Virus record (IMG/VR): IMGVR_UViG_3300016466_000235
Location: 1-60,367 of that record
Source: a virus
Taxonomy: Duplodnaviria > Caudoviricetes
Length of the DNA: 60,367 nt
Strand: one strand, 5' to 3'
The notes under the pieces are model-generated. The model did no database searches and was not told the origin of the DNA. It saw only the letters and a list, made by a program, of their open reading frames with translations. The position numbers were made by a program, and so were the translations under genes. Below are positions 29,801-39,286 of this stretch, piece after piece. The first letter of the stretch is position 1, and each line of letters opens with the position of its first letter.

Positions 29801-32800
29801 CTTCTTTGTCCACAATTGGTAGCTACATTAAAAAACTGTTTGGAAATTATGGGGCTAAAAAAGGTCTGTTTACGGACCTAGTAAGGTACTTCCAAAACGA
29901 ACGAGAAGAGCTTAAGACGCTAGAAGATTTTTTAGAGCGCTCAGGCCAGGTCGATTATACGAGTGACAAGAAAAACGCAATTGCTACGTTTTTCTCTCAG
30001 GCCAAAAATTTTGCTATGAACGCTTTGAAGCGTGAGATAGAGCCGCTTCAGAGGCAAGTCGCAGATCAGATACGCACAATCATGGACGCCAAAAAAATGG
30101 ATGAGAACGAGGTTCTCGGTCTATTGCATACGTTTGTGATTGGACAGCACGACAATGAACGCCGCCTACAGGCGTTTTTACAAAAAGTGCCGTTAGAGCC
30201 GAATGCTGACACACAACGGCAGGTCATCTACGAAACCGTAGCCATGAAACAAGACACACCGCACGGCAAAGCATTTGCGGATCTGTGGAAGAAAGATAAG
30301 AAAGCTGCGCTAAAACAAATAGAACAGCTTCGCAACGATCTTCACCGTCTTGTTGGGTACGATGCGGCAAAGAATGAAGTAACTAATTTTACCAACCACA
30401 AATACCCAAATGATGTAGAGCTGCGTAACTTTAAGATGCCGAACTACGACGCCTTGGGCTATTCGTATCAGGTAGCAGAGCAGTTCAAGAAAGATCTTTC
30501 TAGAGAAAGTAGAGAGGTACAAACTGCCTTTAAAGATCTGTATGCTGCCATCAAAGAGCTTCAAGAAGTAACGAACCGGTTCAACAAAGATTCTAACTAT
30601 GCTAGTCCGCAGACTGACAGTGTCATAGCTTTCTACGACTGGAAGAACTATATGCCGTTTAAAGGCAAGCCGCCCAGTGCAGGTGTTCCTAGCAACTTAG
30701 AAATCAGCGGTGAAAAAATAAGTGGGGATTTTGTCCAAGGTGACTACGCTTTTGGTGGACGAGACAGCGATGCAGATAACCCGATTCTGCAAGCGCTAGT
30801 GGATGCTCGTAGGTCTGCGGTTCGTTATGGGTACCGAGACGTGGCAATTGCGACCAGAAATGTGATTGATTTGCTGGGTAAAAACATCGGTAAAAAAGTT
30901 AAAACTATTAGTTTTGCTGATCGTTATTTAGACAAAATTCAACCGCAAGATTTGGTCAAAGAAAACGCTGTGTTTATCTACAACGACGATGGATCAATCG
31001 ACATCTACGAGATTAACGACCCAACACTAAGAAACGCTATCAAAGGAACATTCCAAGCACAGGGACCGTTTGACTCGATCATTGATAGCGCTAACACAAT
31101 TACCAGCGCTATGGGCAAGATGCACACTCGTTGGAATCCTGCGTTTGCTCCGTGGGACTTCACGCGTAACTTGTTCACTTACGCAGGTATTGTTGGTCTA
31201 GAAAAAGGTGGTAAGGCAGCAGCGAACGTTCTGACTTCTATGGCAAACATTGTCGCTAGAGGTGGGTTCCAAAAGACGTTTAAGTTTTCGCAGATGTACG
31301 CAAATGGAAAGTTTGACGAGTTGGAAAAACTAGCTGCGAGAGATCCTTACTACAAAAACATCCTTGATTACTTCGAGCTAGGCGGCAAAGTTGCATACGT
31401 TGACGCGCTCAACTCGGCACGGATGTTTGAAAAGACCGCCAAAGAACTTGCAGCAGGTAAACGGCAAAAGTACCAAGAAAACGCCACGCAGTTTATGGAT
31501 TCTTGGATGGATATGTTTGAACTTTCTAGCCGCATTGCCGCGTTCAGAACGATGCGGGATCAGTATTTCAACGAGATGATGAAAGACCCGAAAGGGAAAT
31601 CAGAAGCTGAGATACGAAAAGCCGCTGACATCAGAGCTGCCAACTACGCTAAAGAGCTGGCTAACTTTGAAGAAGTGGGTAAGTACGGACGGGAGATTGG
31701 TGCATGGTTTATGTTCTTCCGACCAGCAGCTACTGGCTCGGTACGGGCTATAAAAGCACTTGCTCCGGCGTTCTCTTTTGTTGGCGAGAAAGAATTTAAA
31801 GAGTACTACAAAAGTCAGACACGTTATGGCGGAGAAAAACTCACTGACAATCAGCTAGACGCCATGTATGAACGCTATAACAAAGAGCGCAAAATGGCCC
31901 GAGTGATGTCTACAGCCATCATGGGGATTGGCTTTTTTACATACATGATGGCGTATATGATGTCCGGGGAAGATGATCAAAAACGAAACAAAGTTGGTAC
32001 CGACGATATGGCCCGATGGGTACGGGCGCTTCGTATAAATACCGGCATAGACGTTAACGGACGAGATCTTGTTCTTCAATTGCCGTGGGGGTTTGGCTCC
32101 GGTGCCCTTGCATCTGCTGGATCTCAGGTAGCTGCGCTCTTTACTGGCGGTCAGTCATTCATGCCAGCGATTAGCAATATTGCTGACGCTGCGTTTGAAT
32201 CTTTCATGCCTATTCAAACGTCTCGTATTGATAAACTTGAGAACCCAACAGGCTGGTTTATTGACTCAATTACGCCATCTGCACTAAAGCCTTTTGTGCA
32301 GTTCACTATGAATGTAGATGGTCTTGGGCGCAGAATTTATCCTGATCGCCAGACGTCGCGTTACGCAGACGCGTATATGAGCACGGACAATGTGCCTTCA
32401 ATGTATAGCGACATAGCCAGATGGTGGCTCTCAAATACGGGCATGGATGTGTCACCAAACAGCATCTACTTTTTTGCGAACAACTACATAGACGGATTAG
32501 CAAAAGCGATTTCGACAACAAACAATTTGGTACAAGTAGCAGCGGGTAATAAAGATTTTGACCCACGCACAGACACGTATCTGCTCGATTCCTACTTGAA
32601 GGCGCCTTCTAACTACGATGCTATCCAGTTCAAGAAAGTTGAAAAAGAAGTTATTGAACTTTCTAAACGGCTAAAAAGTCTAGAAGGAAAGCCAGAGTAT
32701 GCAGAGTTTGTTCGTGAAAATCCTATTGCGCCAGCTCTTGTTGCACAGTACAACAAGTTTGTTAACGGTGGTCTACGCAACATTAATCAGGCGATGAACA

Positions 32801-32934
32801 CAATCAGGCGTTCGGACACCATGACCGCTAAAGAAAAAGAAGATCAGCTACAGTTGCTTAGGAAGACTCAGAACCTGCTTAAGTCTTCTTTCACAAATTC
32901 CGCGCAACAATACATGGAAATTAAACCCGATTAA
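26878..32934 (+). CDS. 2018-aa ejection/polyvalent protein with zincin-like HELTH motif and probable LPD38-like C-terminus
   Basis: Gly/Ala hydrophobic N-region, coiled-coil, LAHELTHA...YEFVA, C-terminal LPWGFG...N.DGLGR.I. Confidence 0.8.
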   Translation: MSPQDLLTAYENAKKRGDKEAVKLFEPVLKEYLRIGDVFATAPAPEAPKSSSVLDIPLGVAKGAVTGIRFLADTFGADNPISKTLIGAEDYLASLYSAGAKQDQQEIARILKDAEDKGVLDQVIAGLKAFTVAPVDLLSQALGTAAPTVVGGLLGTAAKLGVTGIRAIQAGTGAAMGAGMTKSNIYTAVKEELEKAGVDPAVAEKQAVLAQEYGGQNLDQIMLGAGLGAAASVGPLEKVLTRIGARQGATKLEEGVAARGLGRRIVEGGAKEALPEAAQAGQEQLAQNIALQREGFDVPTFRGVAGQATLEGLAGLGLGTVSGALDTEKEAPPPRPPQPPIPTEAQEAMFTEEEAPLQEAADIRTQRAQEEKTKAEDIENLRVMRDQYDVLQRQAESLQAKYEAAQTAEERQQLIEEGQGLVNYLGEPIKLGAREIRPTISGLADQITELDKKLQLNTLKEKSFNLKNQLDALNADMQKATTVEDKNLLDERIKRTSFDLNQTNERIDKFDQLYKSSRAQAPAGQTSFAFEEEPAKPFAEPVEVPSAAVEPTLETDEGGREIPTGPVRKYAVQEDGTYAPAEEGGPANTLFIDQATGQIQMLTPEGERVKLTSQQQKTARDSVSELYEQVRGQEEKLPAFKSLSKQLRQVFLKALAVGFRPESAVSQVAMYRSNPEAYLENFGPIDQITPPTSRIEKRTTKRLVAEEIGLKQTEAETGIRRQLLSALDRVGVVPTPKIEADQIVGIEQPKNIKINQVLFRDTSVLPANRSAQYDPDAKRVDVRLDDRGQINLESEELAHELTHAGTVEVLNTYENNPELLTNEQREAAENIFNLLEEARRLIKNEQFQPALENVYEFVAYALNNQPFQARLARTKVKPELAKYTKDRSLWSALSYAIQRLLGITDPEGNVLLEVSESFKRILKAPIGGVKMAPLPMQAAAQPAAQPAGPKKAQMKSETADEVRERLKQTLVNKRPSLSTIGSYIKKLFGNYGAKKGLFTDLVRYFQNEREELKTLEDFLERSGQVDYTSDKKNAIATFFSQAKNFAMNALKREIEPLQRQVADQIRTIMDAKKMDENEVLGLLHTFVIGQHDNERRLQAFLQKVPLEPNADTQRQVIYETVAMKQDTPHGKAFADLWKKDKKAALKQIEQLRNDLHRLVGYDAAKNEVTNFTNHKYPNDVELRNFKMPNYDALGYSYQVAEQFKKDLSRESREVQTAFKDLYAAIKELQEVTNRFNKDSNYASPQTDSVIAFYDWKNYMPFKGKPPSAGVPSNLEISGEKISGDFVQGDYAFGGRDSDADNPILQALVDARRSAVRYGYRDVAIATRNVIDLLGKNIGKKVKTISFADRYLDKIQPQDLVKENAVFIYNDDGSIDIYEINDPTLRNAIKGTFQAQGPFDSIIDSANTITSAMGKMHTRWNPAFAPWDFTRNLFTYAGIVGLEKGGKAAANVLTSMANIVARGGFQKTFKFSQMYANGKFDELEKLAARDPYYKNILDYFELGGKVAYVDALNSARMFEKTAKELAAGKRQKYQENATQFMDSWMDMFELSSRIAAFRTMRDQYFNEMMKDPKGKSEAEIRKAADIRAANYAKELANFEEVGKYGREIGAWFMFFRPAATGSVRAIKALAPAFSFVGEKEFKEYYKSQTRYGGEKLTDNQLDAMYERYNKERKMARVMSTAIMGIGFFTYMMAYMMSGEDDQKRNKVGTDDMARWVRALRINTGIDVNGRDLVLQLPWGFGSGALASAGSQVAALFTGGQSFMPAISNIADAAFESFMPIQTSRIDKLENPTGWFIDSITPSALKPFVQFTMNVDGLGRRIYPDRQTSRYADAYMSTDNVPSMYSDIARWWLSNTGMDVSPNSIYFFANNYIDGLAKAISTTNNLVQVAAGNKDFDPRTDTYLLDSYLKAPSNYDAIQFKKVEKEVIELSKRLKSLEGKPEYAEFVRENPIAPALVAQYNKFVNGGLRNINQAMNTIRRSDTMTAKEKEDQLQLLRKTQNLLKSSFTNSAQQYMEIKPD

Positions 32935-33167
32935 CTCACCCGCCAAGACCTGACGCCAAGCACACCGTCTTCTACGACGGTATAGGTCTTCATTCGAACA
33001 CCGTCACGTTTTGACGTCACATCAATAATGTAATGCGCGTAAGCAGGTCTGACAGTCGGAAAGAAGAAGCTCTCCCCTATTTGCATCACTTCGTAGGGAA
33101 AGAGCCACTCCGGTTCCTCAAACGCTACTATCTTCTCCGAGGGTTTCAGTGATAAAGCTTTCGGCAT
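32931..33167 (-). CDS. small putative DNA-binding protein
   Basis: FPYEVMQIGESFFFP...GVRSWRV; start uncertain. Confidence 0.6.
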   Translation of the reverse strand: MPKALSLKPSEKIVAFEEPEWLFPYEVMQIGESFFFPTVRPAYAHYIIDVTSKRDGVRMKTYTVVEDGVLGVRSWRVS

Positions 33168-36033
33168 CTTTTTTGAAGTAGTAAGCCCAAACATTTGCTG
33201 ACCCAAGACCGTTCTTCCAACCAGCCCCAAGACGCTTTTTATCTCTCTTAATCAAAAGACCCGACTTCGTGAGCTTGTTTTCAAACTGCTCAAAGTTGGT
33301 CATGTTCCTCTCGGTCAAGTACTTCTTGAGTTCTGAAGAACTCACATAGACCATGCCTTCATCTACTTCGTACCTGACTTTCAATGCTGCCCTAGGTTCA
33401 AGCACGCACTTGTCACCATTGAAGGCAATTGAATGTTGAATATTCGCCAATAAGAAATCATCAACATAATCGGCCATGTCCTTGTTCGCGGCTTTTCTGT
33501 AGTTATGTTGGCGGTGCATATCCTTTAAGAAGAATTTAAACATTGCCTCAAGGTCGTAGTTTAACAACCCCATCCTGTTGGCTATTTCTCCTGCGGCAAA
33601 AATACACGCCGTAACACTATTCCAATAGGTATAGTCCGTCATGTCATAAAATTCACTTTCCATACGCAACTTCCATTTTTCAATAAGATTAGCTACGTAC
33701 GGCAGACCTAGTCGATATAGTTCTTCAATATAAACGGGCCCAGCATGTCCATAGTGATGCCGCAAAGGCTCTATCAAACTACGACCTACGCTATCAGATA
33801 ATTTAATACCTCCATTTAAGTTAATAATTTCAAACTCAAGTAGGCGCCGCATTTCACCACCAGCGTCAGGGTTGTAAGACTGAATTTTATCAATCACTGA
33901 TCTATTTGACGTCATAACAGTAATTAATTTAGAACCTTCATGAGTTTTACGTTCTTGATTGTATGAACTCTGCAGCCTGATCTTAGAAACTTCATTCATT
34001 GCTAATTTATAAACAACCTGACCAATAATTTCATCTTTCCAATGAGTAACCTCATCTAGCCCCAGCATTAGGCTATTAAGAGTTGTAGCTCGTGATATCA
34101 AAGCCTGTTGAGTTGCTCCATCTTGGGTTGCAATTTTTTGTTTTTCTGGATCGCCAAATACACTTAAACCACCATATAAAGTTCCCGTCTTACCCATACC
34201 CTTATCGCCGTTAAAAGAAATTGTGCAGCCCGGGATGTTGGATAGTGCAATCAACGGAGATGCAAAACCTACAAGCACTCCGTAAGCAAACATATAGTAC
34301 CGGTCAGTTTCCATATATTGCTGAACCGTTTTTTGCCAAACCTCAAGGTCTCCGTACTCTTTTAGAAGCGGCGCGACATTGCGTGTCGTAGATGCGATTG
34401 GGCAAGTAAAGCGGCCTCGTGGTGTTATTTCTAACTCACCGATTACAAATGATCCCTTCTCAGGGTTCTTAGTCCAGCCCATCTGGACGCGCATTTCTTC
34501 TACCTTTTGCATCTTAATCAAGTATGAGCTCCATTTCATAAGATATTCTTTGAAGTGAGGGAAGGCTATCTCAGTGATCATTACCGCGTTGGAGTACAAG
34601 AACTCTTTAAACGCATCGGTCTTGCCCAACATCTTCATTGGGATGATTAGATCCTGTACACCATCTTTAGGGGTGAAGTGCCGCATATGCAAGCACTCGC
34701 CGTCGAACGGACTCGTCATCCGTTTAATTGGTACTAGATCATATGGGTAAACCTGAAAGTCTTCTTGAACAATCTTTGTTCCGTCTTTGGCAGTCTTGTC
34801 AGGCATCTGCCTATATATACCACCGCTGATAGCACGTCTGAACGGGAAGAGTGCTTCGGGAAAGACTACATACTTCTGCGGGAACGTTTTGTCGTCTTCA
34901 TTTTGTACTGATTCTGGCTCAACTGATTCGACTGGTTCTGACTCGGTTGGTACTGTGGGAGGAGAAGACCCCGGTTCGGCGACGCGTAATCTGATTCCGA
35001 TCCCAATTGGGGACTTGGTTTTAACTTGCCCTTTATAGGGACAACCTTCGCAACCACCGGGGTTTGCGTCTTCAAACTTGTCGCACCCGTGTGCCCATTT
35101 TGCTTCGTTGAGACTTTGTTGGGCTTTTCTTTCTGTTTCGTCGTAGCTATATCCGGGGTAGTCTTCGGACATGAGGTGGATAGCTGTATCAGCATCAACA
35201 CACCTAGCGGCGACAGATATTCCAGCGTACCAGAGCGGCTCCGGACAACTAGCGGAGTTTTCGAGCATCCACTTGATCTGGTTGCACCCGTTTCCGTCGA
35301 GGGATCGTTGAGCAATTTCTTGAAAGACGTATTCATAATTGTCGTACCCAAGGAGTTTGAGAGTGTCTTCGTCTAGACCTTTTTTGACTTTCTTCAGGTC
35401 AAAGGCATCGGGGTTAATTTGCACTTCACCTAGGCGTGAAACGAAATCTTCCAAGTCGTAGGTAAAGATCTCAGTGATCAGCTCTGTGCCCGCAGTCGTA
35501 CCGTCCTTGTTGTACTTCGTCGTATAAGGGATACGTAAGACACGCGAGGAGTCGGCTGGCACTGCTGGGTCGATAACCAACCCATGATCCTGCATCATCT
35601 TTTTAAACGTGGACGCGTACATGCGCCACACCTTGGCTTCTATCTCTTCTTTAAGAATCCAGTAGACGTGCAGTCCGTTGCCAGAATCAACGATGGTTGG
35701 TTCAGGAAATTTATACGCCTCAATGAAAGACGCTAACGCCGCGAACGCTTCGTCGCGCGTGTTATAACTATTCTTTGCCTTACCAACGTCGATATCAATG
35801 AAGAACGTCTTAAGGTACATACTATCTTCGGCAAGGCGGCGATAGCCCTCAAAAGAAGACAGTGCAAAGTAGATGTTCCCTTCTTGTTTTTTCTGCTTTT
35901 CAATCTCCTTGTAAAGTTTTTCTAAGTCTGCATTCTCAATGAAGTGCTGATGAACTTCCTTGGTGCCTTTAATTCTTACTACGCAATAATTGCCTTGGCT
36001 TGGCAATATTGTCTCAAGAAATTTTTTGTACAT
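33118..36033 (-). CDS. primase-helicase (AEP/RepB-like primase, Cys cluster, DUF927-type P-loop helicase)
   Basis: FIDID, VDSGNGLHVYW, RVLRIP; Walker A GDKGMGKT; LDE. Confidence 0.85.
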   Translation of the reverse strand: MYKKFLETILPSQGNYCVVRIKGTKEVHQHFIENADLEKLYKEIEKQKKQEGNIYFALSSFEGYRRLAEDSMYLKTFFIDIDVGKAKNSYNTRDEAFAALASFIEAYKFPEPTIVDSGNGLHVYWILKEEIEAKVWRMYASTFKKMMQDHGLVIDPAVPADSSRVLRIPYTTKYNKDGTTAGTELITEIFTYDLEDFVSRLGEVQINPDAFDLKKVKKGLDEDTLKLLGYDNYEYVFQEIAQRSLDGNGCNQIKWMLENSASCPEPLWYAGISVAARCVDADTAIHLMSEDYPGYSYDETERKAQQSLNEAKWAHGCDKFEDANPGGCEGCPYKGQVKTKSPIGIGIRLRVAEPGSSPPTVPTESEPVESVEPESVQNEDDKTFPQKYVVFPEALFPFRRAISGGIYRQMPDKTAKDGTKIVQEDFQVYPYDLVPIKRMTSPFDGECLHMRHFTPKDGVQDLIIPMKMLGKTDAFKEFLYSNAVMITEIAFPHFKEYLMKWSSYLIKMQKVEEMRVQMGWTKNPEKGSFVIGELEITPRGRFTCPIASTTRNVAPLLKEYGDLEVWQKTVQQYMETDRYYMFAYGVLVGFASPLIALSNIPGCTISFNGDKGMGKTGTLYGGLSVFGDPEKQKIATQDGATQQALISRATTLNSLMLGLDEVTHWKDEIIGQVVYKLAMNEVSKIRLQSSYNQERKTHEGSKLITVMTSNRSVIDKIQSYNPDAGGEMRRLLEFEIINLNGGIKLSDSVGRSLIEPLRHHYGHAGPVYIEELYRLGLPYVANLIEKWKLRMESEFYDMTDYTYWNSVTACIFAAGEIANRMGLLNYDLEAMFKFFLKDMHRQHNYRKAANKDMADYVDDFLLANIQHSIAFNGDKCVLEPRAALKVRYEVDEGMVYVSSSELKKYLTERNMTNFEQFENKLTKSGLLIKRDKKRLGAGWKNGLGSANVWAYYFKKDAESFITETLGEDSSV

Positions 36034-36050
36034 GGCAGTAGAGACAATAA

Positions 36051-36071
36051 GGGCAGGGACCAGCCCTGCCC
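36051..36071 (-). promoter_or_regulatory. GC-rich hairpin just upstream of the primase start
   Basis: GGGCAGGG-5 nt-CCCTGCCC; the primase ATG has no SD. Confidence 0.45.
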
Positions 36072-36086
36072 AATTAACAATACCCG

Positions 36087-36401
36087 TTATACGGGGCCAG
36101 AAGTGAGGCTTTCGTAGTACGCCTCAATGCTTTTATAGTTCGTGAGTGGTAGAACCCCTTTTTGTAGGTCTGCGTCAATTATTCGGATAAGTGCTTCAAG
36201 ATACTGAACACGTTCTGAGCTTACTTTGCCGCCTCTAAACCAAGCGTGCACGGTCTGTCTGCTGACCCCAAGAAGTTTGGATACCAGCGTGGTAGGTATG
36301 TTTGCTTTAACACATCTTTTAGCAAGTACAACCCCAATCCCGTCGCGTACACCCATGGTTTTAAGCGACTTAATAAACTCAGAACTATAGTTCCTAGGCA
36401 C
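36087..36401 (-). CDS. XRE/Cro-like HTH protein
   Basis: VSKLLGVSRQTVHAWFRG. Confidence 0.8.
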   Translation of the reverse strand: MPRNYSSEFIKSLKTMGVRDGIGVVLAKRCVKANIPTTLVSKLLGVSRQTVHAWFRGGKVSSERVQYLEALIRIIDADLQKGVLPLTNYKSIEAYYESLTSGPV

Positions 36402-37224
36402 TCTTCTTTGCCCACTTCTTTACAAGATCAGATGCGCTACCATCGGTAGCTGCCCCAGCTTCAGCGCGTTTAGTACTCTCACGCTTGACTGGTTCGGGCT
36501 CAGGCTCACCTTCATCAACTTGGTATACAGTCAGTTTAACAGCCCCTTCAGCAGCGGGTGTCTTACCTTGACGACGAATTACATCCATATCATCCGCTGA
36601 TACTGCTCCAGCAGGAGAAAACAGGACACGGGGTACTTTTGCCTTGGTATCAAACTGCATCTTGGTAACAACAGCACCCGCACTTACGTTGTGGGAAGCA
36701 AGCATCTGCACATAGGGACGGAAGGGCCAGCGACCATTGTCTTCCTCGCCAAAAGAAGATGTTGCGGGAAGAACTAGCTGATAAACAGGGCCATCTAACT
36801 GCTGAGGCAACACGACCGCAGTACGCCAAGATAAACGGCATGCCGTACCAATACCACCTTGACCAGAGCCTTTAATCGCATTAGCACATCCTTGACAGGT
36901 ATCGCTTACAGGATTTTTTACATCAGGACTGGGTGTCTTGGAATCGTTAGACCAACATGCTGGAGAGACCTTCTGACCTTCCTTATACGACTCCGCGTAG
37001 AAAGTACGCGATGGATCATGGGCCATCTTAACAAATACGATGTTCATGAAACGATCCTCAATAGAAGCTTGCTCCTTGCCGTTGACCATCATACGGAAAG
37101 TGCCACCAGCGATTGAGATTCGCTTAGTGCCTAGGCCACCTGCGACTGCTGCGGTATCTTCGTCAAGACCGTGTTGAACAAGGGCTGCAGCGTTAGAAAG
37201 AATAGTTGCAAGTTCGTTACTCAT
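36394..37224 (-). CDS. putative ssDNA-binding/replication protein
   Basis: RISI.GG.FR, PACWS.D...P, C..C...KGS...AC; charged tail ending in W. Confidence 0.6.
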   Translation of the reverse strand: MSNELATILSNAAALVQHGLDEDTAAVAGGLGTKRISIAGGTFRMMVNGKEQASIEDRFMNIVFVKMAHDPSRTFYAESYKEGQKVSPACWSNDSKTPSPDVKNPVSDTCQGCANAIKGSGQGGIGTACRLSWRTAVVLPQQLDGPVYQLVLPATSSFGEEDNGRWPFRPYVQMLASHNVSAGAVVTKMQFDTKAKVPRVLFSPAGAVSADDMDVIRRQGKTPAAEGAVKLTVYQVDEGEPEPEPVKRESTKRAEAGAATDGSASDLVKKWAKKSA

Positions 37225-37238
37225 TTTGTACTGCTCCT

Positions 37239-37667
37239 TTACTGGTTGAGTGCTTCAAAGTCAAGTGACTGTGTTTCTTTGGATGGCTTACGTACCGTGA
37301 TGACATACTCCTTCGCCACGTTCACGCCGGGAGGGAGGCCATCCGATTCCTTCCCGATCATGAATTCTTCAAAGTTTGACTCATGAACCCGCTTCTGCAA
37401 AAGCTGCGGTGCGCGATTTTTGATGACAAACTCATAAAACGTATCCCAGTCAAGCACATGGAATCTTGACTTGACCCCGCGCATGACGGTGCCGTTGGGG
37501 GTACGGATACTATCTGCGCCCTGCTCCGCGCAAAGTTTGAGCATCTCTTGCTCAAGGATAGTCTGCTCAGATTTTAGGCTCTCATCTACTTTTTTAAACT
37601 CAAACGACAACTTCTCACGCTCGGTGCGTATCGCCATGTATGCACTGGTAAGGTCGTTAATATTCAT
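37239..37667 (-). CDS. conserved replication-module hypothetical protein
   Basis: S.RT..GT...DWD.FY.FV...LLQKRV...PPGV. Confidence 0.75.
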   Translation of the reverse strand: MNINDLTSAYMAIRTEREKLSFEFKKVDESLKSEQTILEQEMLKLCAEQGADSIRTPNGTVMRGVKSRFHVLDWDTFYEFVIKNRAPQLLQKRVHESNFEEFMIGKESDGLPPGVNVAKEYVITVRKPSKETQSLDFEALNQ

Positions 37668-39040
37668 ACTTCCTCCGTTTCTAACTCGTTTGTGTACAGT
37701 TCGACTAGTTTTGAATGTAGGTCAATCTTGTTCTCAAGCATTTTGTACATCTTGCGCTCTACCTCTGACCCTTCAAGGTTAATGACAGTCATCTTTTTCT
37801 GCTGTCCCACCCTATCAATACGCGCTACACACTGAATATAAGTCTCAACTGACATGACTGGCGACCAAAATATGATCGTATCAGCCGCAGTCAACGTGAC
37901 TCCATGTGATGCTGCTTGAGGCTGGATGACTAAAACCCGTGGGTTGTCTGTCGTCTGGAACCTGTTAAAGATAGCTCCTCGTTCAGATGCGCTTACGTCG
38001 CCTGAAATTATCTCTGCGGTATAACCCTCCTTTCTTAAGTAGTTTGTGACAAGCTGGATAGTGTGCGTGTACGGCACAAAGACCAGCACCTTATGCTCTG
38101 TCTCTTCCAGAGCTTCTTTTAAGATGGCAAGGCGGTTAGATATATCAAACTCAACTATCTCGCCATCATCCGTATAGACTGCGCCGCCTGACAACTGAAG
38201 AAGTTTTGTCAGTAACGCTGCTGCATTGACTGCTGAGATCTGCTCTCCCGCTGCCTTCACCATGCGGTCGTCACGGATCATTTTGTAATACCTTTGCTGC
38301 TGCAACGTAAGCGGCGCGGCCCTGTATTGATAGGTCACATCAGGTAGATCAAGACACTCTGCTTTGGTGTAGCGGATCGCAGGTTGAAGCGCCCTGTATA
38401 CGATGTCCCGTGACCCCGGCTTTGGTAACCACTTGAACTTGCTTACCTGGAACATGACTTTGTCTTGCCATGAGTTTTTAAATTTTGGTACGTTGTCAGG
38501 ACATACAAGCCGCGCTAGTCCGTACGCATCAATAGGTGACTGAGACGCAGGGGTGCCAGTCATCATCCACAATCCCATGTGCGGATACAAAATAGACCTT
38601 AAAGTCTTCCATCGTTGGGTGCTTGTGCTTTTGTATGCGTTGGCCTCGTCAACAATGACCAGATCAAACTGCGCGGCATTGATCTCACTGCGTACGATGT
38701 TTACACCATCGTAATTAATGATGATGAACTCGTAGTCGCTCTCAAGAATTTTCTTACGCTTGCTAGCCGATCCATGGGCAACGGCAGTTCGTCTGTGCAT
38801 CGCAGTCTTAAACAAGTCTGCTTGCCATGCCGAGTACATAATTGAGAGGGGACATATGACAAGAACTTTTTTTATTAAGCCAAGTTCCATAAGATAGTCC
38901 GCAGCCCATATCGCTGAGGATGTCTTGCCTGTGCCAGCTTCGTTAAAACAGAACGCGCGTCTGTTATTGACTAAAAAGTTAGCAGTGCTAATTTGATGTT
39001 GGAACGGTTTAAACAAACCGGGCCATTTGTAATCCTGCAT
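37664..39040 (-). CDS. SNF2-family (DEAD-like) helicase
   Basis: EAGTGKT, DEA, MTGTP, HGVTLTAA, ARIDRVGQ. Confidence 0.92.
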   Translation of the reverse strand: MQDYKWPGLFKPFQHQISTANFLVNNRRAFCFNEAGTGKTSSAIWAADYLMELGLIKKVLVICPLSIMYSAWQADLFKTAMHRRTAVAHGSASKRKKILESDYEFIIINYDGVNIVRSEINAAQFDLVIVDEANAYKSTSTQRWKTLRSILYPHMGLWMMTGTPASQSPIDAYGLARLVCPDNVPKFKNSWQDKVMFQVSKFKWLPKPGSRDIVYRALQPAIRYTKAECLDLPDVTYQYRAAPLTLQQQRYYKMIRDDRMVKAAGEQISAVNAAALLTKLLQLSGGAVYTDDGEIVEFDISNRLAILKEALEETEHKVLVFVPYTHTIQLVTNYLRKEGYTAEIISGDVSASERGAIFNRFQTTDNPRVLVIQPQAASHGVTLTAADTIIFWSPVMSVETYIQCVARIDRVGQQKKMTVINLEGSEVERKMYKMLENKIDLHSKLVELYTNELETEEV

Positions 39041-39258
39041 ACAACTCCTTTAACTAGATTCGACTAGACGTACTAGCTGGGGCCGAAGCCCCACTAGCAC
39101 GGTTGAACCTAACACGCCGGAGAGCATAGAGTGCAAGAGCGCCGTTCAACTGATGCGGTTAATTGAGACCACCGTGGGAGGGCGGCTCCTAAAGGCTCAC
39201 TCACACCTTACGACCTTCAGGCTATCAGGCAGAAAAGAAACTGATAGGCTCAGATCGT
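39041..39258 (-). ncRNA. candidate structured sRNA/leader RNA with CU-rich anti-SD loops
   Basis: ORF-free ~220 nt behind its own promoter; stems CTATCAG/CTGATAG, CCGCC/GGTGG, GTTGAAC/GTTCAAC and a long UUCG hairpin. Confidence 0.6.
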
Positions 39259-39286
39259 ATTTTAGGGCGACTTAAAAATATGTCAA
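39259..39286 (-). promoter_or_regulatory. sigma70-like promoter
   Basis: TTGACA-16 bp-TAAAAT on the minus strand. Confidence 0.7.

Noticed and set aside
39119-39166. Plus-strand GGAGAG...GTG mini-ORF of 11 codons
   Set aside because: No plus-strand promoter seen, antisense to the operon and very short; the minus-strand RNA reading fits better, though this ORF is not formally excluded.
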